This document shows positions 60,500-64,000 of a DNA stretch of 64,000 nt, in pieces. Every line of letters starts with the position of its first letter. Positions within the stretch are counted from its first letter, which is position 1. Origin of the DNA: Candidatus Kapaibacterium sp. (GTDB taxonomy: Bacteria > Bacteroidota > Ignavibacteria > Kapaibacteriales > Kapaibacteriaceae); NCBI GenBank assembly GCA_044224925.1, contig JBGAJM010000003.1, positions 259,855-323,854 of the forward strand, given 5' to 3'. A model generated the notes under the pieces. The model was not told the origin of the DNA. It made no database searches and saw only the letters and a program-made list of their open reading frames with translations. The position numbers and the translations under genes are program-made.

Positions 60500-62047
60500 A
60501 TGATGTTCACGTTCATACACCGGGCAAGGTCCGTCTTCGCTCGGCTTCTCTCTATCGGCGTCCTTTGTGCTTTGTCGATCAATACAAGCGTTGAGGTCAC
60601 GGCCCAATGGCAACCGGCGGTGCACATTCGGCATCGCAGTGGTTCCAGTTCTGTGATCTTTCGCACGAGTGTACGAAATGTTGTGATGGCGAAGTTCACG
60701 GCATTCGATGGTAGGCGAAACATGCTCTACGATCTGGATTCGATCATTTCCGATACGGTTCCGTTCCGGCCGTTCGATGGGTTTGTAGACAATCCGAATC
60801 ACTTGTATGGAAGGAGCATACAGTGTGACGGGAATCCGGCATTGGACTACATAGATATCTCTGCAACGTTCAACATCTTGACACCGCAAGAGGATTCTCT
60901 CCCTATCCCTGTGAATGCATTCAGGGAGTTTAACGACTACGATGCTGACGGGCTCGATGACATACTCATTGAAGAGTTCGGATCGAGAGCCGAGCTGCTC
61001 ACGATCCTTTTCGGAGACAGTACGCTTCCCTTGCGGCAGAAGACGTTGCTGCGTTTACAAACGGAGTATGGAGTTTCTCCCACCAAAGTTGTGGTGAAGA
61101 CCTTCGGCCGGGATCTGCGCGTGGTGAGCTACGGCTGGAACGACAAAGTCGGGCGAGGGGTAGTGGGGATGTATGGTGTCTCACTCGATTCCGTGGCATC
61201 ACGACCAGACACGGTTGACTTGCAGCCAATCCAGGTATACTCGTTCTTCATCAAGCCTATCTACGAGGACTCACTCAGAAAATGGAATCTGGCGCAAGGT
61301 GGTCACTTGCACTTTTACTCAGATTCAGCTTGGTACTTTGGTATACCCAATCTAAAGAATGGCAAAATGACAAAGGTGACTTCAACAGGAATGACCGTCG
61401 TCACAGTTGATTCGACTATGTATCGAAGTCTAGGTACTGATCTTTGGCCAGACGGGTATTGGGGCACCCATTCATGGGCTGGACATTCCAGAAGTTATGT
61501 GCCTATTGACGACACTTCTCTTGTACAGTCATTCTATGACTATCCTGACACGAACCTTCGATACTATCGCCTCTCAAGAGTTGTCGTCAAAGACAGTGGT
61601 AACCTTCACCTCGTGATGTCAGACAGCATTACATGGCGAAGTGCGCAAAAGTGTACTGGACTAAACGAGGCAGCGATCATTCCAGACATCGACGGAGACG
61701 GTGGGAGTGAGATCCTTGTCAATCGCCTGATTTCAGGATCCTCAGACTCCTGCATCAACTACTTCGAGATCTACTTGAGCACGGGTAAAATTCTCTCCGC
61801 CTATTCTGAGCCGCAGCGTTTGGAACTCCCGCACGTGACGCGCACGCAAGGCGGGTGGCTCGTCCCGCACAGTCTGTGCACACAGGCTCCAGATCGCGTC
61901 CCTGCCTATGCCATCAACGGCAGCCTTATCGGCATCCTCTCTTCATCGAACTTCGATTCGGAGAACTATTTCATTGCCGATCCGCCAAACGCAATCACAG
62001 GTGTGGTGCTTACTGTGTTCGGAACGTGCTCGCTCAGACTGCAATAG
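60500..62047 (+). CDS. secreted FG-GAP/VCBS-like repeat protein, unknown function
   Basis: signal peptide; DYDADGLDDIL and DIDGDGGSEILV calcium-binding-like repeats; ~43% GC. Confidence 0.5.
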   Translation: MMFTFIHRARSVFARLLSIGVLCALSINTSVEVTAQWQPAVHIRHRSGSSSVIFRTSVRNVVMAKFTAFDGRRNMLYDLDSIISDTVPFRPFDGFVDNPNHLYGRSIQCDGNPALDYIDISATFNILTPQEDSLPIPVNAFREFNDYDADGLDDILIEEFGSRAELLTILFGDSTLPLRQKTLLRLQTEYGVSPTKVVVKTFGRDLRVVSYGWNDKVGRGVVGMYGVSLDSVASRPDTVDLQPIQVYSFFIKPIYEDSLRKWNLAQGGHLHFYSDSAWYFGIPNLKNGKMTKVTSTGMTVVTVDSTMYRSLGTDLWPDGYWGTHSWAGHSRSYVPIDDTSLVQSFYDYPDTNLRYYRLSRVVVKDSGNLHLVMSDSITWRSAQKCTGLNEAAIIPDIDGDGGSEILVNRLISGSSDSCINYFEIYLSTGKILSAYSEPQRLELPHVTRTQGGWLVPHSLCTQAPDRVPAYAINGSLIGILSSSNFDSENYFIADPPNAITGVVLTVFGTCSLRLQ

Positions 62048-62062
62048 TGAAGAAGGGCTTGT

Positions 62063-62545
62063 TCAGGCATTTGTTGTGTTTACGACTGAGATGTCGTCCG
62101 TATAGACTTTGAAGAGATCCACGCTGATCTCGTTCATTGAACGAAGCTCATCAAGGACATCGTCGTCGTAGTGCACGCGGTCGCGCGTCTCGCGAGCAAC
62201 AAAACGCGCAAGCATCGTTTCGCGTTCACATTGAACGACGATCACGGAAAGGGCAGTGAGGGAGGCAAGGTGGGACAGATGATCGTGGATGAACTCCGGA
62301 CGGAACGTCGACTCGACGATGCAATTCAGTCCTTGTTCAGCATATACTGTCGCCACGCGGAGCAAGATCTCTTCTGCGAGGATCCCCAAACGCTTCGAAT
62401 CCGAACGATCATGGACCGCGATGTGAGCGGCAAGCTCCTCTTTGACCATATCCTTCCCTAGCACTGGCCAGGCCCGCTGCTGCGCAATGGTCTGTGCCAA
62501 CGTCGTCTTGCCACTGGCAGGAAGCCCCGAGATGAGAATGATCAT
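62063..62545 (-). CDS. AAA_33-type P-loop kinase
   Basis: Walker A ILISGLPASGKTTLA; start MIILISG (62545) preferred over 62632. Confidence 0.65.
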   Translation of the reverse strand: MIILISGLPASGKTTLAQTIAQQRAWPVLGKDMVKEELAAHIAVHDRSDSKRLGILAEEILLRVATVYAEQGLNCIVESTFRPEFIHDHLSHLASLTALSVIVVQCERETMLARFVARETRDRVHYDDDVLDELRSMNEISVDLFKVYTDDISVVNTTNA

Positions 62546-62588
62546 GATGGATACTACGGAAGAACTTGCAATTTCAGATCCCTTCCTT

Positions 62589-62610
62589 ATATTTGGACTA
62601 AGTCCAAATA
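62589..62610. promoter_or_regulatory. perfect 10-bp-arm palindrome TATTTGGACT-a-AGTCCAAATA in divergent promoter region
   Basis: read directly from the sequence; 13 nt upstream of lipoprotein ATG 62623. Confidence 0.5.
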
Positions 62611-62622
62611 AGGAGAAGCGGA

Positions 62623-63756
62623 ATGATGTCACGTTTTCAGCAGATCGGGAAGTTTGCGGTCACTATTGCGGTGTGTGTCGGTGTGATGAGCTGTGGAAAT
62701 GATGGTGGGACCGGACCTTCGACGCCGGCCACACTGGATTCAACGGATTATTCATCGGCAGCTCTGACGCAGCGGGCAACGGTATCGATGCTCGACGCCC
62801 ATGTTGCCACGATCAAGCAGGCGAATGCGCCGGGCACTCCATTGAATGCCACGCAATTGCGGGCATACTGGAGCCCAACGTCGACGTTGCAGCAGCGGAC
62901 CATTCCGCCCTTCGTCTCCTACATCGATTCGCTCCATACCGTTCTGCTGTTCATTGCCGGACGGACGTTCGACCCTGCCACCACACCGAACGGAAACGGT
63001 GGCGTGTATCACGATGTGTTGCTCGATAAGTACGGTCTCGAGCTTGCAGAGGTGATCGCGAAGTCGCTCCAAGTGGCGGCACTCTACAATGGCGCTCGCG
63101 CCGATGCCAACATCGCAACGCCCGAACCACGCACACGTTTGCAGCGCATCGTGGCATCGTTGGGTGGACATCCCATGTTCGCCAACACCGACGATACCTC
63201 GAATGCCTATCGTGATCGAGGCTTGATGAAGTACATCGCACGTCGCGATAAGAACGACGGTGCCGGTCCGTACGGTCGAATCAAGTCTGCCATCCTTCGA
63301 TTGCAAGAGATCGGCAAGGGCAGCGCAGCAACTCGCACCGACAGTGTGAACGCCGAACAACAGTGGCGTGTCGCCGTTGAAGAAGGGATCGCGCGGACGG
63401 TGATCAGCTACTTCCTCGAGGCCATCGACGAGATGAACAAGGCCACGGACGATGAAGGACGTGCTGACGCTATGCATGACTATTCGGAAGCGATCGGCTT
63501 CCTCTACGGTCTGCGCGCCATGCATCCTTCCGAGCGCCGCATCACCACGGCACAGATCGACGAGATCTGCACGCTTGCTCTTGCACCGTGGGGCGGAACA
63601 CCGACATGCTATCTCTTCCTGAAGGACCCATCTGCGCTTGCCAAGCTGGATGCAAGCACCGGTGCGGTTTCCAAGATCGCTGCGGTCTATGGATTGTCAG
63701 CGGCGGACGTAAATGATTGTAAAGTGAATTGGATTTCGCAGCAAGGAAGGAAATGA
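62623..63756 (+). CDS. lipoprotein of unknown function (possibly imelysin/DUF4856-like, iron-uptake associated)
   Basis: lipobox VGVMSCGN; downstream of a TonB receptor locus. Confidence 0.45.
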   Translation: MMSRFQQIGKFAVTIAVCVGVMSCGNDGGTGPSTPATLDSTDYSSAALTQRATVSMLDAHVATIKQANAPGTPLNATQLRAYWSPTSTLQQRTIPPFVSYIDSLHTVLLFIAGRTFDPATTPNGNGGVYHDVLLDKYGLELAEVIAKSLQVAALYNGARADANIATPEPRTRLQRIVASLGGHPMFANTDDTSNAYRDRGLMKYIARRDKNDGAGPYGRIKSAILRLQEIGKGSAATRTDSVNAEQQWRVAVEEGIARTVISYFLEAIDEMNKATDDEGRADAMHDYSEAIGFLYGLRAMHPSERRITTAQIDEICTLALAPWGGTPTCYLFLKDPSALAKLDASTGAVSKIAAVYGLSAADVNDCKVNWISQQGRK

Positions 63757-63791
63757 GAAGTAAAAGCAGAAGTAAAAGAGAAGTAAAAAAG
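63756..63791 (+). repeat. three tandem ~12-bp A-rich repeats (g/cAGAAGTAAAAG)
   Basis: gagaagtaaaag cagaagtaaaag agaagtaaaaaa in the 37-bp spacer between the two lipoprotein genes. Confidence 0.8.
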
Positions 63792-63793
63792 AA

Positions 63794-64000
63794 ATGAATA
63801 TGAAGAAGATCGTGCTGTTGATCGTACTCGCTGCCGTCGTTGGATGCAATGACTCGGGGACGCAGAGTCCTGGGGACACGTTCGACCGGAAGGCGATGCT
63901 GACAAGTATGGCTGATTCGATGATCGTGCCTGGATATTCCGAATGTGCGAGTCGCCTGAGGGAATTCGAACAAGCGTGTACAGCACTGATCGCAGACCCT
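63794..64000 (+). CDS. lipoprotein, 5' portion (continues beyond window)
   Basis: MNMKKIVLLIVLAAVVGCND lipobox; frame open to the window end. Confidence 0.5.
   Translation, partial: MNMKKIVLLIVLAAVVGCNDSGTQSPGDTFDRKAMLTSMADSMIVPGYSECASRLREFEQACTALIADP

Noticed and set aside
1-64000. CRISPR arrays, tRNA and rRNA genes
   Set aside because: No regularly spaced direct repeats with unique spacers and no cloverleaf-like or rRNA-like segments were recognised by eye. The short tandem repeats found are contiguous heptamers and 12-mers, not spacer-separated.

Overview
The 64 kb window has a ~60% GC core from a T9SS-bearing FCB-group (Bacteroidota-like) bacterium, interrupted by lower-GC acquired regions. 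(1) Bases 1-16.7 kb are a co-directional str/S10/spc/alpha ribosomal operon (fusA 3' part, tuf, then rpsJ through rplQ including secY, map, infA, rpmJ, rpoA). rpsD is absent from its usual rpsK-rpoA slot and rplQ carries a ~95-aa Ala/Pro/Lys-rich tail. (2) 16.7-26.6 kb holds a GT2 glycosyltransferase, engB, purE and a Bacteroidetes-type arginine operon (GNAT, argG, argC, argD, argF', argB, argE-like, argH). (3) 26.6-31.3 kb holds doxX, a Crp/Fnr regulator with a consensus FNR-type box next to it, and a 1206-aa T9SS-sorted surface protein. (4) 31.4-44.7 kb is a ~13 kb lower-GC (45-55%) accessory island. It contains an Arr-family rifampin ADP-ribosyltransferase homolog in a three-gene operon, several detox-type genes (VOC, DinB-like, DUF1330), secreted and membrane proteins of unknown function, an IS256-family transposase, and a DUF2007 / MmcQ / DUF1801 / DUF2007 cluster. 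(5) 44.7-64 kb is core again: PAP2 phosphatase, a VPS10/BNR giant protein, a second T9SS protein, two MFS transporters, HAD hydrolase, PpiD-like PPIase, LLM oxidoreductase, three tandem AhpD-like (CMD) paralogs and a TonB-dependent receptor. A further low-GC islet at 60.5-62.5 kb holds an FG-GAP-like secreted protein and an AAA_33 kinase, followed by lipoproteins. The most unusual signal is a tandem heptanucleotide repeat (TTGTCAC)n placed directly upstream of genes at four loci. Three copies sit inside a conserved ~110-bp leader module. Two of those modules head a ~225-bp near-identical duplication encoding paralogous ~70-aa proteins; one of them is translationally coupled to an unknown 226-aa gene and the Arr-like ADP-ribosyltransferase. 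No rRNA, tRNA or CRISPR array was recognised.
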